Shown one piece after another: positions 29,322 to 40,730 of a stretch of 64,000 nt of DNA. The position numbers were made by a program, and so were the translations under genes. The stretch covers positions 1 to 64,000 of the forward strand of contig JAFRNR010000001.1 of the NCBI GenBank assembly GCA_017430085.1. Direction: 5' to 3'. Under the pieces are notes generated by a model. That model saw only the letters and a list, made by a program, of their open reading frames with translations. It was not told where the DNA came from and made no database searches. The DNA is from Lachnospiraceae bacterium. GTDB lineage: Bacteria; Bacillota; Clostridia; Lachnospirales; Lachnospiraceae. Within the stretch, counting starts at the first letter, position 1. Every line of letters begins with the position of its first letter.

Positions 29322-30475
29322 ACCACTTCCGCAAACTGGAAAACGGAGGCATCACGGTCCCGGAGGGCTTCACCGCCGGCGCCGTTTACGTGGGCGTGAA
29401 AAGCCATAAAAGCTATAAACCGGACGTGGCCGTGCTGCTGTCCGACCGGCCCGCCGCCTGCGCGGCCCTGTTCACCACCAACCGTTTCTGCGCGGCGCCG
29501 GTGAAACTGGGCCGGGAACTGGCGGCGAAGGGGCGGATCCGGGGCATCGTGATCAATTCCGGCAACGCGAACGCGGGCACCGGGGAGGCGGGGCTGAAGG
29601 CCGCCCGGGAAGTGCAGGCCTACGCGGAGCAGGTGTTCGGTCTGGAACCGGACAGCCTGCTGGTCAGCTCCACCGGCGTGATCGGCGAAGCCTTTCCGAC
29701 GGAAAAAGTGAAACGCGCCGTGGAACTGATCCGCCCGAAAATGTCGCGGGCCGAAGGCTCGCAGGCCGCCTGGGCCATCATGACCACGGACCGCCACCGC
29801 AAGGAGGCCGCGTACGAACTGGCTCTTTCCGGCGGCACCGTGCGCGTCGGCGTCATGGCCAAGGGCAGCGGCATGATCCATCCCAACATGGCCACCACGC
29901 TTTGCTTCATCGCCACGGACGCGGCCATGGACCCCGCGGTCATGAAGCACATGCTGAAAAACGCCTGCGACGAAAGCTTCCACGCCCTGACCGTGGACGG
30001 CGACACCTCCACTAACGACAGCCTGATCATGCTTGCCAACGGCGCGTCCGGCGTCGCGGCGGATACCCCGGAAGACTGCGAAGCTATGCAGCAGCTGCTG
30101 GAGGAGATCCTCACCGACATCGCGAAAAAAATCGCCGCGGACGGCGAAGGCGCGCAGAAGACCCTCACCGTGCGGGTCAAGGGCCTCCCGGACAAGGAGC
30201 AAGCCCGCCGCATGGCCCGTGGCATCTGCCGCTCCAACGGCGTGAAAGTCGCTTTCGGCTACGGCACCCTGCCCGAGCCCCTCGTCCTCACCGCCGCCGG
30301 CGGGGAAGCCGCGGACCTCGACCTGGATTTTTCCCTCGTGGAGAGCCGCATCGAATGGGACGACGAGGACGCCTTCATCTATCTGGACTTCCACAGCGGC
30401 CCGGGAGAAGCGGCCGCGTACGGCTGCGACCTGACCGGGGAATACGTGCATCTAAACGGAGATTACAGGACCTGA
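29318..30475 (+). CDS. Second ArgJ-family (ornithine acetyltransferase) paralog
   Basis: 385 aa, ArgJ-like throughout. The autoproteolysis motif is HPNMATTL, with the nucleophile Thr retained. Confidence 0.8.
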   Translation: MNHFRKLENGGITVPEGFTAGAVYVGVKSHKSYKPDVAVLLSDRPAACAALFTTNRFCAAPVKLGRELAAKGRIRGIVINSGNANAGTGEAGLKAAREVQAYAEQVFGLEPDSLLVSSTGVIGEAFPTEKVKRAVELIRPKMSRAEGSQAAWAIMTTDRHRKEAAYELALSGGTVRVGVMAKGSGMIHPNMATTLCFIATDAAMDPAVMKHMLKNACDESFHALTVDGDTSTNDSLIMLANGASGVAADTPEDCEAMQQLLEEILTDIAKKIAADGEGAQKTLTVRVKGLPDKEQARRMARGICRSNGVKVAFGYGTLPEPLVLTAAGGEAADLDLDFSLVESRIEWDDEDAFIYLDFHSGPGEAAAYGCDLTGEYVHLNGDYRT

Positions 30476-30493
30476 GAAACTGGGGGAGGAACC

Positions 30494-31267
30494 ATGAATA
30501 TATACATTGCCGCGATCCTGTTCGCCTTTATCATCCTGTTATACTGGGTCATTTCGGAACTCTTCACGGTCCTGTTCCGCTTTACCGGACTGCCGGAGGA
30601 AAAGGCCCGGTACCAGGTCACGTCATTGCTGACCGGCTGCGGGTTTACGACGCGGGAGAGCGAGATGATCATCTCGTCGCGGAGGCGGCGGCGCATGGCG
30701 CGGATCACGATGCTGTTCGGGTATGTGTTCAATATCACGATCGTGTCCGCGCTGGTCAACATCTTCATTTCCCTGAAGGTGACGCAGCTGGGCGCGTCCC
30801 TGGGATCGGTCGCGATCCTGCTGGGGGCGCTGGCCGTCATTTTCGTATTTATCCGCGTGCCTGCCATCCATTCGTGGGGATCCAACCTGATGAAGCGGCT
30901 GGCCGGTCACTTCGTGCAGGGCGAGCTGACCAACAGCGTGCTGCTGCTGGATTATATCGGCCGGGACTCGATCGCGCAGATCGATCTGTATAAGGTTCCG
31001 GAGGCCTTTCAGGGCGTTCCGCTTTCGCAGACGGGCCTGAAGAATGACAACAACATTCTGGTCATGCTGGTCGAAAAACAGGGCGGCAAGGCCATCCCTG
31101 CCACGGCGGACACCGTGTTCCGGGAAGGCGACCACCTGACCGTTTTCGGGGATTACAACACGATCTGCCGGGTATTCGAGGCGCGCGAGCGCTTCGCGGA
31201 TGAGACGGAGGAAGCGGCGGAACCGGTGCAGAAGCCGGCGGCGAAGACCCGGAAGCCGTTCGAGTAA
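30494..31267 (+). CDS. Membrane protein with C-terminal TrkA-C (RCK_C) domain; possible channel-like protein
   Basis: 2-3 TM helices with an intervening segment LTGCGFTT, then an RCK_C-like domain (ILVMLVEK...GDHLTVFG). Confidence 0.5.
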   Translation: MNIYIAAILFAFIILLYWVISELFTVLFRFTGLPEEKARYQVTSLLTGCGFTTRESEMIISSRRRRRMARITMLFGYVFNITIVSALVNIFISLKVTQLGASLGSVAILLGALAVIFVFIRVPAIHSWGSNLMKRLAGHFVQGELTNSVLLLDYIGRDSIAQIDLYKVPEAFQGVPLSQTGLKNDNNILVMLVEKQGGKAIPATADTVFREGDHLTVFGDYNTICRVFEARERFADETEEAAEPVQKPAAKTRKPFE

Positions 31268-31324
31268 ATCAGAAACATGCCCGTGCACAAAAGCCCGTGC
31301 GCGGGAAGAGAGAAGAGGACGACG

Positions 31325-31924
31325 ATGAAGATCCTGCTGACCGGCTTCGAGCCCTTCGGGGGCGAACAGATCAACCCCTCGTGGGAGGCGGTGCGGCGCG
31401 TGACGGCGCCGGAAGGGACGGAACTGATCCGTCTCTGTCTGCCTGTGACTTTTGAAGGCGCGCGCCGGGCTCTGCGGGCCGCGGCGGAAGAGTACCGGCC
31501 GGACGTCATCCTGAGCATCGGCCAGGCCGGCGGGCGGCAAGGCATCAGCCTGGAGCGCATCGCCGTAAACTTAATGGATGCGCGCATCCCGGACAACGCG
31601 GGCTGCGAACCCGTGGACGAACCGCTGTATCCGAACGGCCCCGCCGCGTATTTCTCCACCCTGCCGCTGCGGGACCTGCTTGCCGCGCTGCACGAGGCGG
31701 AGATCCCCGCCGCCATTTCCAACACCGCCGGCCTGTACGTCTGCAACGCAGTGTTTTACGAAGCGGCGCGCCTTCAGGCGCAGGGAAGCGTCGCCCGGGC
31801 CGGCTTCATCCATGTGCCGTACCTGCCGGAACAGGCGGCGGAAAAAGGCGAGCCGTCGCTTCCTTTAGAGCAGATGATCCGCGCCATCGAAATCGTTTTC
31901 GAAAAACTTGGCCGGCCGGCCTGA
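31325..31924 (+). CDS. pcp: Pyroglutamyl-peptidase I
   Basis: MKILLTGFEPFGG N-terminus with catalytic Cys and His context. Start at 31325 rather than ORF-track 31277. Confidence 0.85.
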   Translation: MKILLTGFEPFGGEQINPSWEAVRRVTAPEGTELIRLCLPVTFEGARRALRAAAEEYRPDVILSIGQAGGRQGISLERIAVNLMDARIPDNAGCEPVDEPLYPNGPAAYFSTLPLRDLLAALHEAEIPAAISNTAGLYVCNAVFYEAARLQAQGSVARAGFIHVPYLPEQAAEKGEPSLPLEQMIRAIEIVFEKLGRPA

Positions 31925-32150
31925 AAATCGCTAAAAAAAGCGGGATCCCGCGCAATTCCTTCATTTTTACTGTAGATTTTTCCGCAAAATATGCTATAAT
32001 ACCCTGCGGCGGGCATCTGACCCCGCCTCCCCATCGGTTCCGGCGCGAAAATCCAACATTTTTCCATGTGTTGGAGGTTATTTTATTTCCGGGACTTTCC
32101 CGGGACTGCGGCGGAGATCAAAAAGGATATCATTGTAGAGGAGGTTCTCC

Positions 32151-34121
32151 ATGTTAAACAAGAAGACCGTAGATCAGATGGACATCAAGGGCAAGCGGAT
32201 CCTGGTCCGCTGCGACTTCAATGTCCCGCTGAAAGAAGGCAAGATCACTGACGACACCCGTATCCGGGCTGCCCTGCCCACCATCCAGAAGCTCACCAGA
32301 GACGGCGGCAGGGTCATTTTATGTTCTCACCTGGGCAAAGTCAAAAACGGCCCGAACCCCGGCGAATCCCTGGCGGCCGTGGCGGTCCGCCTGAGCGAAC
32401 TGCTGGGCAAGCCCGTGAAGTTCGTGGACGATGACAACGTGACCGGCGCTGCGGCCGACGAAGCCGTCGCGGCCATGCAGGACGGCGACGTGGTCCTGCT
32501 GCAGAACACCCGTTTCCGGGGCTCCGAAGAGACCAAGAACGGCGAAGGCTTCAGCAAGGAGCTGGCCAATCTGGCGGATTCCTTCGTCTGCGATGCGTTC
32601 GGTTCCGCGCACCGCGCCCACGCTTCCGTGGTCGGCGTGACCGAATTCATCCGCGCCAAGGGCGGCGACTGCGCCGTCGGCTACCTGATGGAGAAGGAGA
32701 TCGCCTTCCTGGGCAACGCCGTGGACAACCCCGAGCGTCCTTTCGTCGCCATCCTGGGCGGCGCCAAGATCGCCGACAAGCTGAACGTCATTTCCAACCT
32801 GCTGGAGAAGTGCGATACCCTGATCATCGGCGGCGGCATGGCCTACACCTTCATCAAGGCGCAGGGCTATGAGATCGGCAAGTCCCTGCTGGACGAGACC
32901 AAGATCGACTACTGCCGCGACATGATCGAAAAGGCGAAGAAGCTGGGCAAGAAGCTCCTGCTTCCCGTGGACGCCGTGACGACCGAAGCGTTCCCGGAAC
33001 CCATCGATGCGCCGGTAGAGACCAAGGTGGTGGACATCACCGCCATCCCGGCTGACCGCATGGGCATGGACATCGGCCCGAAGACCGTCAAGCTGTTCAG
33101 CGAAGCCATCGCGACGGCGAAGACCGTGGTCTGGAACGGCCCGATGGGCGTGTTTGAAAATCCCCAGCTGGCGGAAGGCACCCGCGCCGTGGCGAAGGCC
33201 ATGGCCGATACCGGCGCCGTGACCATCATCGGCGGCGGCGACTCCGCGGCGGCCGTGAACCAGCTCGGCTTTGCGGCTCAGATGAGCCATATCTCCACGG
33301 GCGGCGGCGCCTCCCTGGAATTCCTGGAAGGAAAGGAGCTGCCCGGTGTGGCGGCGGTGGATGACGCCCGCCCCTTTCGTTCCGGCCTGGTGACAGGCAA
33401 TTGGAAAATGAACAAGACCCCTTCGGAAACGAAGGCGTTTATTGAAGAGATCGCTCCCTTGGTAGCGGATGCCGCCTGCGAAGTCGCGTTCTGCGTCCCC
33501 GCCATCGACATCCCGGCGGCGGTCGAAGCGGCGGCCGGCACGAACATCGGCATCGGCGCCGAAAACATGTACTTTGAGGAGAAGGGCGCTTTCACGGGCG
33601 AGATCTCCGCGGACATGCTGGTCGACGCCGGCGTGAGATTCGTCATCCTGGGCCATTCCGAACGCCGCCAGTACTTCGGCGAGACCGACGAAGGCGTGAA
33701 TAAGAAGACGAAGAAGGCCCTGGAGCACGGCCTGACCCCGATCGTCTGCTGCGGCGAAACGCTGGAGCAGCGCCAGGCGGGCATCACGCTGAGCTGGATC
33801 CGCAGCCAGATCACCGGCGCCTATGAAGGCATCCCGGCCGCGGACGTGTCGAAGACGGTTATCGCGTATGAACCCATCTGGGCCATCGGCACCGGCGTGG
33901 TCGCGACCACGGAACAGGCGCAGGAAGCCTGCGGCGCCATCCGCGCCCTGCTGGCGGAACTGTACGATGCGCAGACCGCGGAAGCCACCCGCATCCTGTA
34001 CGGCGGCTCCGTCGCGCCCAGCAACGCGAAAGCGCTGTTCGAGCAGAAGGACATCGACGGCGGCCTGGTGGGCGGCGCCAGCCTGAAACTGGATTTCGTG
34101 AAGGTGGTGAAGCCCGAATGA
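32151..34121 (+). CDS. pgk-tpi: Phosphoglycerate kinase - triosephosphate isomerase fusion protein
   Basis: 656 aa in a single frame. PGK (RCDFNVP) covers ~1-400, TIM (NWKMNKT, GHSERR) ~410-656. No stop or frameshift lies between them. Confidence 0.85.
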   Translation: MLNKKTVDQMDIKGKRILVRCDFNVPLKEGKITDDTRIRAALPTIQKLTRDGGRVILCSHLGKVKNGPNPGESLAAVAVRLSELLGKPVKFVDDDNVTGAAADEAVAAMQDGDVVLLQNTRFRGSEETKNGEGFSKELANLADSFVCDAFGSAHRAHASVVGVTEFIRAKGGDCAVGYLMEKEIAFLGNAVDNPERPFVAILGGAKIADKLNVISNLLEKCDTLIIGGGMAYTFIKAQGYEIGKSLLDETKIDYCRDMIEKAKKLGKKLLLPVDAVTTEAFPEPIDAPVETKVVDITAIPADRMGMDIGPKTVKLFSEAIATAKTVVWNGPMGVFENPQLAEGTRAVAKAMADTGAVTIIGGGDSAAAVNQLGFAAQMSHISTGGGASLEFLEGKELPGVAAVDDARPFRSGLVTGNWKMNKTPSETKAFIEEIAPLVADAACEVAFCVPAIDIPAAVEAAAGTNIGIGAENMYFEEKGAFTGEISADMLVDAGVRFVILGHSERRQYFGETDEGVNKKTKKALEHGLTPIVCCGETLEQRQAGITLSWIRSQITGAYEGIPAADVSKTVIAYEPIWAIGTGVVATTEQAQEACGAIRALLAELYDAQTAEATRILYGGSVAPSNAKALFEQKDIDGGLVGGASLKLDFVKVVKPE

Positions 34122-35656
34122 AGAGACCTACCGTATTAATGATCCTGGACGGCTTCGGCCTGACCGAAGAAGTCCGGGGCAACGCCGTGAGAGCGGCGCA
34201 CAAGCCCAATATCGACGCCCTGATGCGGGACTGCCCCTTCGTAGAAGGCCAGGCCAGCGGCCTGTTCGTGGGCCTGCCGGACGGCCAGATGGGCAACTCC
34301 GAAGTCGGCCACATGAACATGGGCGCCGGCCGGATCGTCTATCAGGACCTGACCCGCATCACCAAAGCCATTGAAGACGGCGATTTCTTTGAGAATCCCG
34401 CCCTGCTCGCGGCCATCTACACGGCCAAGGCCCGCGGCACCACGCTGCACCTGATGGGCCTGCTGTCGGACGGCGGCGTGCACAGCCACACCACCCACCT
34501 GTATGCCCTGCTGGAGCTCGCGAAGCGCTGCGGCCTGGACAACGTGGTGGTCCACTGCTTCATGGACGGCCGCGACACGCCGCCCACCTCCGGCAAGGGA
34601 TTTCTGGCGGAGCTGCAGCAGAAGATCGACGAGATCGGCGTGGGCTACATCGGCTCCGTCATGGGCCGCTACTACGCGATGGACCGCGACAAACGCTGGG
34701 ACCGTCTGGAAAAGGCCTACCGCGCCCTGACCGACGGCGAAGGCACCGTGTGCGAGGACCCCGTGGCCGGCATCCAGGCTTCCTATGACGCCGGCGTCAC
34801 GGATGAATTCGTGGAGCCCATCGTCATCGCGAAGAACGGCATCGTGACGCCCCGCATCATGGACGGCGACAGCATCATCTTCTTCAACTTCCGTCCGGAC
34901 CGCGCCCGCGAGATGTCCCGCGCGCTGCTGGACGAGGCCTTCGACGGCTTCGAGCGCGAGCAGCCCAAGGACCTGACCTACGTCTTCTTCACGGACTACG
35001 ACCACACGATCCCGCACCGCATCGTGGCGTTCCACAAGCAGTCCCTGGCCAACACCTTCGGCGAATACCTGAGCAGCCTGGGCCTGACGCAGCTGCGCCT
35101 GGCGGAGACGGAAAAGTACGCCCACGTCACGTTCTTCTTCAACGGCGGCGTCGAGGAGCCCAACCCCGGCGAGGACCGCATCCTGGTCCCGTCTCCGAAA
35201 GTGGCGACCTACGACCTGCAGCCGGAGATGAGCGCGTACCAGGTGGCGGACGAACTGGTGAAGGCGATCCGCAGCGATAAGTACGACGTGATCATCATCA
35301 ACTTCGCCAACTCCGACATGGTGGGCCACACCGGCGTCTTCGACGCGGCGGTCAAGGCCATCGAAGCCGTGGACGAGTGCGTCGGCAAAGCGGTCGAAGC
35401 CCTGAAGGAAGTGGACGGCCAGATGTTCCTCTGCGCGGACCACGGCAATTCGGACGAAATGATCGACCTGAAGACCGGCGAGCCCATGACCGCCCACTCC
35501 ACCAACCCCGTTCCCTTCATCCTGGTGAACGCGGGTGAAGGCCTGGGTCTCAAAGAAGGCGGCCGACTCTGCGACATCGTCCCGACCCTGCTGGATCTGA
35601 TGGGTATCCCCCAGCCCCCGGAAATGACCGGCGTCAGCCTGCTCACCCGGGAGTGA
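34118..35656 (+). CDS. gpmI: 2,3-bisphosphoglycerate-independent phosphoglycerate mutase
   Basis: 512 aa; MILDGFG N-terminus. Its start overlaps the pgk-tpi stop (ATGA). Confidence 0.9.
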   Translation: MKRPTVLMILDGFGLTEEVRGNAVRAAHKPNIDALMRDCPFVEGQASGLFVGLPDGQMGNSEVGHMNMGAGRIVYQDLTRITKAIEDGDFFENPALLAAIYTAKARGTTLHLMGLLSDGGVHSHTTHLYALLELAKRCGLDNVVVHCFMDGRDTPPTSGKGFLAELQQKIDEIGVGYIGSVMGRYYAMDRDKRWDRLEKAYRALTDGEGTVCEDPVAGIQASYDAGVTDEFVEPIVIAKNGIVTPRIMDGDSIIFFNFRPDRAREMSRALLDEAFDGFEREQPKDLTYVFFTDYDHTIPHRIVAFHKQSLANTFGEYLSSLGLTQLRLAETEKYAHVTFFFNGGVEEPNPGEDRILVPSPKVATYDLQPEMSAYQVADELVKAIRSDKYDVIIINFANSDMVGHTGVFDAAVKAIEAVDECVGKAVEALKEVDGQMFLCADHGNSDEMIDLKTGEPMTAHSTNPVPFILVNAGEGLGLKEGGRLCDIVPTLLDLMGIPQPPEMTGVSLLTRE

Positions 35657-35763
35657 CCAAACGCAGCCTCCCGCGCGGAGGCGCAAAACATCAACCAAAC
35701 GTGTCATCCTGAGCGGAGGCGCAGAGCGCCGGCGCCCCAGGATCTGATAAAAAATCAATATGA

Positions 35764-37074
<1,311 letters not shown>

Positions 37075-37097
37075 TTCAATCAATAAGACAGGATAAC

Positions 37098-37173
37098 GGG
37101 CCGGTGGCACACCGGCCCCTACGACTCAGGACGATGTGATTCCTCTCTGTAGGGGCCGATGTTTCATCGGCCC
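37098..37173. repeat. Two REP-like hairpin elements in inverted orientation
   Basis: GGGCCGGTGGCACACCGGCCCCTACG (37098-37123) and CTGTAGGGGCCGATGTTTCATCGGCCC (37147-37173), located between eno and the S4 gene. Confidence 0.6.
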
Positions 37174-37188
37174 GTTCCTTTACCGGCC

Positions 37189-37938
37189 ATGGACAGCGCA
37201 AACGTTATCCTCCGCCATCTGACGGACTTGTATCTTCGGGCAGAAAAACAAAGCATATACCAATACTCCGCCTTCCTGACGCCGGCGGAGCAGGACGCCT
37301 TCCGGAAAAACCTTCCGAAAGGCGCGCTGCCGTTTGCCTTTGACGGCGGCTTCCCCGAAGCCGAACGCCGCGTCCTGGTCTGCGGGGACGAAGAGACCTT
37401 CGGGTATCCGCCGGAGCCCCCGCTTGCGGTCCTGTCGATCGCGCCTGCCCACGAAAAATTCGCGGAGGACCTGACCCACCGCGACTTTCTCGGCGCGCTG
37501 ATGAGCCTGGGGATCGAACGGGCGCAGCTGGGCGACATCGTGATCCGGGACGGGACCGCGTACCTGATCTGCCTGGAGCCCATCAGCGGATACATAGCCG
37601 GCAGCCTGACCTCCGTAAGACGCACGGCCGTGAAGGTCCGCCGCGAAGAAGGCCCGGTCCCGGCTCTGGAGCCGGAACTGCAGGAAATGTCACTGAACGT
37701 GGCCTCGGAACGTCTGGATGCCGTCGTCGCGGCCTTCTGCCGCCTGGCCCGCGGCAAGGCCGACCAGCTCTTCGCCGCGGAAAAAGTCTTCGTCAACGGC
37801 CTTCCCGTCACAGACCGCGCCTGCCGCCTGAAAGAAGGCGACCGCTTCTCCGTCCGCGGCTTCGGCAAAGCCATTTACGACGGCATCGGCAGCGAAACGA
37901 AGAAAGGCCGGCTGTACGTCCGGCTCCGGAAATTCTGA
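37189..37938 (+). CDS. YlmH-like RNA-binding S4-domain protein
   Basis: C-terminal S4 motif ERLDAVVAAF...VFVNG. Start at the second ATG (37189), because the first overlaps a REP element. Confidence 0.65.
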   Translation: MDSANVILRHLTDLYLRAEKQSIYQYSAFLTPAEQDAFRKNLPKGALPFAFDGGFPEAERRVLVCGDEETFGYPPEPPLAVLSIAPAHEKFAEDLTHRDFLGALMSLGIERAQLGDIVIRDGTAYLICLEPISGYIAGSLTSVRRTAVKVRREEGPVPALEPELQEMSLNVASERLDAVVAAFCRLARGKADQLFAAEKVFVNGLPVTDRACRLKEGDRFSVRGFGKAIYDGIGSETKKGRLYVRLRKF

Positions 37939-38026
37939 GACAAGAAGCGCCCTGCTGTCAAAATCATTGTCTTTTTCTGCCGGGAATGCTATACTGATAC
38001 AGATATTATGACAGGAGGTCAGTCAT

Positions 38027-38845
38027 ATGATTAAAAAAATGATTGAAGAACTGATCGGCTCGATCATGACGGAATTCGGGACTACCCGCGGCCTGGCGAC
38101 GGCGTACCTGATCGTCTCCGCACTGGTCGTGATCATGGCCATCGTCTGCGCCATTATGTCCGTCCTGGTATGGTTCCGATACAGCCGCGCCAACAAGCAC
38201 GGCATCACCAACCAGATGAGCGGCATAGACACCTGCCGCTTTGCTCTGGATCAGGCCGGCCTGCAGCATGTGAAAGTCAGGAAAAGCGGCTTCATCCGGG
38301 AACTGTTTTTCGGAAACTATTACAACATCTACACAAAAACGATCTATCTGCGCAGCGTGTTCGGCAAGATCGACACCAAGCAGTCCGTGACGTCCACGGC
38401 GCTGGCGCTGCAGAAGGCGGGCATCGCGAAACTGTGCGAGGAAGGCGACCGGAAAGCCGTGATCCGGAACCGTCTGTCCATCATCGCCCTTTTCGGACCG
38501 ATCCTGTTCATCCCCTTCGTGATCATCGGCTTCGTGGTGGATTTCTTCGTGCTGAAGACGAACGGCGGCATAGCTTCCTATCTCGGCCTGGGCGTCGGCG
38601 GCCTGCTGCTGCTCATCGGCCTGATCGTCACGTTCCTGAACATTCCCGTGGAAAGAAAGGGCAATGAAATGGCCCTGGAAATGGCCCGCGACTACGGCAT
38701 GGCCAACGAGGAAGAACTGCAGATCATGAAGAAGGTGTTCGACGCCTACATCATGCAGTACATCTGCAACTTCATCCTGGAAGTGCTCCGCGTGATCGAA
38801 TGGGTGCTGCGGGTCGTGATGGCGTTCAACGACAAAAAGGACTGA
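38027..38845 (+). CDS. Polytopic membrane protein, unknown function
   Basis: 272 aa with several hydrophobic helices, native GC-rich codon usage and an AGGAGG RBS. Confidence 0.55.
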   Translation: MIKKMIEELIGSIMTEFGTTRGLATAYLIVSALVVIMAIVCAIMSVLVWFRYSRANKHGITNQMSGIDTCRFALDQAGLQHVKVRKSGFIRELFFGNYYNIYTKTIYLRSVFGKIDTKQSVTSTALALQKAGIAKLCEEGDRKAVIRNRLSIIALFGPILFIPFVIIGFVVDFFVLKTNGGIASYLGLGVGGLLLLIGLIVTFLNIPVERKGNEMALEMARDYGMANEEELQIMKKVFDAYIMQYICNFILEVLRVIEWVLRVVMAFNDKKD

Positions 38846-38943
38846 TAATTTCCGCAGGACGGAACACAACATAAAACTGCCCCGGTTTTGGCTGGGGCGC
38901 ATAAGACAGTTTTATAGTTTTCAGGAATGGCATGATCTTCGGG

Positions 38944-39690
38944 TCATGCCATTTCCTGTTTCATCAGTTCATTCATCGGGATGAATTCAATCATATCATA
39001 GCAGATATGGATGCTCTGGCGGCGTTTTCCGCTGCTTTTGTCCGGAGCCCCTACATATATTGCCTTGATCAGCTCATGAGTCGCATAAGGCGTCAATTCG
39101 GTCATTTCTGCGTACTTCCTGACCTTCTGAATGAAAAGTTCAAGATTCTGGTTCTGTTGTTCCTGTATTTCGATTTCCTGCCGTAAGACTTCTGCTTCCG
39201 CTTTCAGTTCGCGCTGTTCATCCTCATAGGCCCGGCTCATTATGGCGAAGCGGTCATCACTGATCCGGGATGCCACATTATCCTCATAAAGACGAATGAA
39301 GAGGCGGTCTAATTCAGCGATACGTTTCTCGTCCTTTTCAAGCTGCTTCTGCCTGGCACGAAGGATTTCTTTGCTTTCACTCTGCAGTCTGGCTTCCATG
39401 ATCGATCTGAAATGACTTTCATAGTGGCCTACGTACCAGATGACTTCTTTAAGATGCTCCCAGACCATCTTTTCAAGAACGACCGCCCTGATAAAGTGAG
39501 CACAACAATTGTCTTAGTTCTTTCTGTAGGTCGAACAGACGAAATGATCCTGGCGCTCTTCATAGTAGCTTGTGGTGCAGTAGTACATTCTGGACTTGCA
39601 GTCTGCGCAAAAGACTAACCCGGAAAACATATGGGACTTGCCTGTCTTTGACCTGCGGTGCCGTTGTGAATTGACTCATTTACGACAGCC
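38944..39690 (-). pseudogene. Large serine recombinase, C-terminal remnant (coiled-coil + DUF4368-like tail + frameshifted zinc-ribbon domain); N-terminal catalytic domain absent
   Basis: The ORF 38944-39468 ends ...IKAIYVGAPDKSSGKRRQSIHICYDMIEFIP, typical of TnpX-like recombinase C-termini. Upstream, out of frame, CADCKSRMYYCTTSYY...FVCSTYRK matches the recombinase zinc beta-ribbon. Confidence 0.6.
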
Positions 39691-39962
39691 CTCCTTTCAT
39701 AAAAATGAAATCGGTGACCGTCACAGCTCATTACCGATTCAGCTTGCTGAGTGACACGAATGTACGGGATTTCCCCGATAATTCAACCTGCGTAAATCGA
39801 ACGCTGCAATGAAGAGGACGGCTGACAGTTTGCACAATCGAGCGTGTTAGCTCATGCAGGGCACCGTAAGACCGATTACCTCTTCATTGTAGCTTAGGTA
39901 TGAACCGTTATACAGCATTTTTCAATACTGTTTTTCGGGTCAATTACATTGTAGCAAGCAGG

Positions 39963-39990
39963 GCATACTCGTAAGAGTATGCGGTTTTTC
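39963..39990 (+). terminator. Hairpin + T-run (possible terminator / small RNA 3' end)
   Basis: GCATACTC-gtaa-GAGTATGC followed by GGTTTTTC, in a ~550-bp non-coding stretch. Confidence 0.35.
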
Positions 39991-40063
39991 GTCCGGAACC
40001 GTTATCGCATCGGTAACTGGCAAGCAGTGTACCGATGGACGGTTCCAGAACTTGGCGAGCAGT

Positions 40064-40083
40064 GTTCCGATCCGGATCGGAAC
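40064..40083. repeat. Perfect 20-bp palindrome GTTCCGATCCGGATCGGAAC
   Basis: Read directly from the sequence. Neighbouring GGAACCGT...ACGGTTCC inverted repeats share the GGAAC/GTTCC core. Confidence 0.8.
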
Positions 40084-40250
40084 CACTTTCGCCAAATCTT
40101 GCTTGTTGGGATAATCCCAAACCCTTATGATCGCACAAGTGCGAGCTGCGCGTTTTCACGCTTCCAAAGACATTTTGTTCTTCAGAAAGATAAATTCAAG
40201 AAAGAGACAAAACATATAATTACGATTCTTTGGATTAACGCCATTCTGTT

Positions 40251-40730
40251 TCACAAGCTGTCGATGATTGCCATAAAATCATCATATGAAATACAGGAAA
40301 CACCCAGCTCTTCACACAGATTCGGAAGTTGTGCAGAATGTGGTTTATAGTTTTCATTGGTGACGACTGTAGCAGCTAACGCTTTCGCCTTAGCTGCTAT
40401 GTAGACGTCTGCTGACGGCCGATTCTCCAAAATGTTCTTTTGATGAACTGTCTCCCGCATTTTGGGATTTATAAGCAGTTGGCTAATAATAACGGATTCC
40501 TTGTCATCTGGATTCTTGAACATATCCTTATGTCCATGGAACCATTGATACTGATCTGTTTTTTCCGAAAACTGCCTTGCAAGTTCATTGTAGCATTCAT
40601 CTGCAGAGATAAACTCTCCTGCCTTTATCTTCTCATCAATCTTTTCCCATACTTCTTCAAACCGTTTTCCCTTTTTGGGGAAGAAATTCAGAAGTGTGCG
40701 GATGATATTGGTATCCAGAATATATATCAT
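40251..40730 (-). CDS. DUF4411 PIN-like domain protein (putative toxin/effector)
   Basis: 159 aa beginning MIYILDTNII, a PIN-like N-terminal strand. It overlaps the upstream ImmA/IrrE gene by 4 nt. Confidence 0.6.
   Translation of the reverse strand: MIYILDTNIIRTLLNFFPKKGKRFEEVWEKIDEKIKAGEFISADECYNELARQFSEKTDQYQWFHGHKDMFKNPDDKESVIISQLLINPKMRETVHQKNILENRPSADVYIAAKAKALAATVVTNENYKPHSAQLPNLCEELGVSCISYDDFMAIIDSL

Noticed and set aside
38027-38845. Zinc metallopeptidase assignment for the membrane protein upstream of the island.
   Set aside because: No HEXXH or other metal-binding signature is visible, so it stays a hypothetical membrane protein.
39944-40350. Short ORFs 39944-40159 (-) and 39979-40350 (+) in the island's non-coding stretch.
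   Set aside because: They overlap each other and the palindromes, lack an RBS, and show no family resemblance. They are more likely regulatory or RNA-structure sequence.
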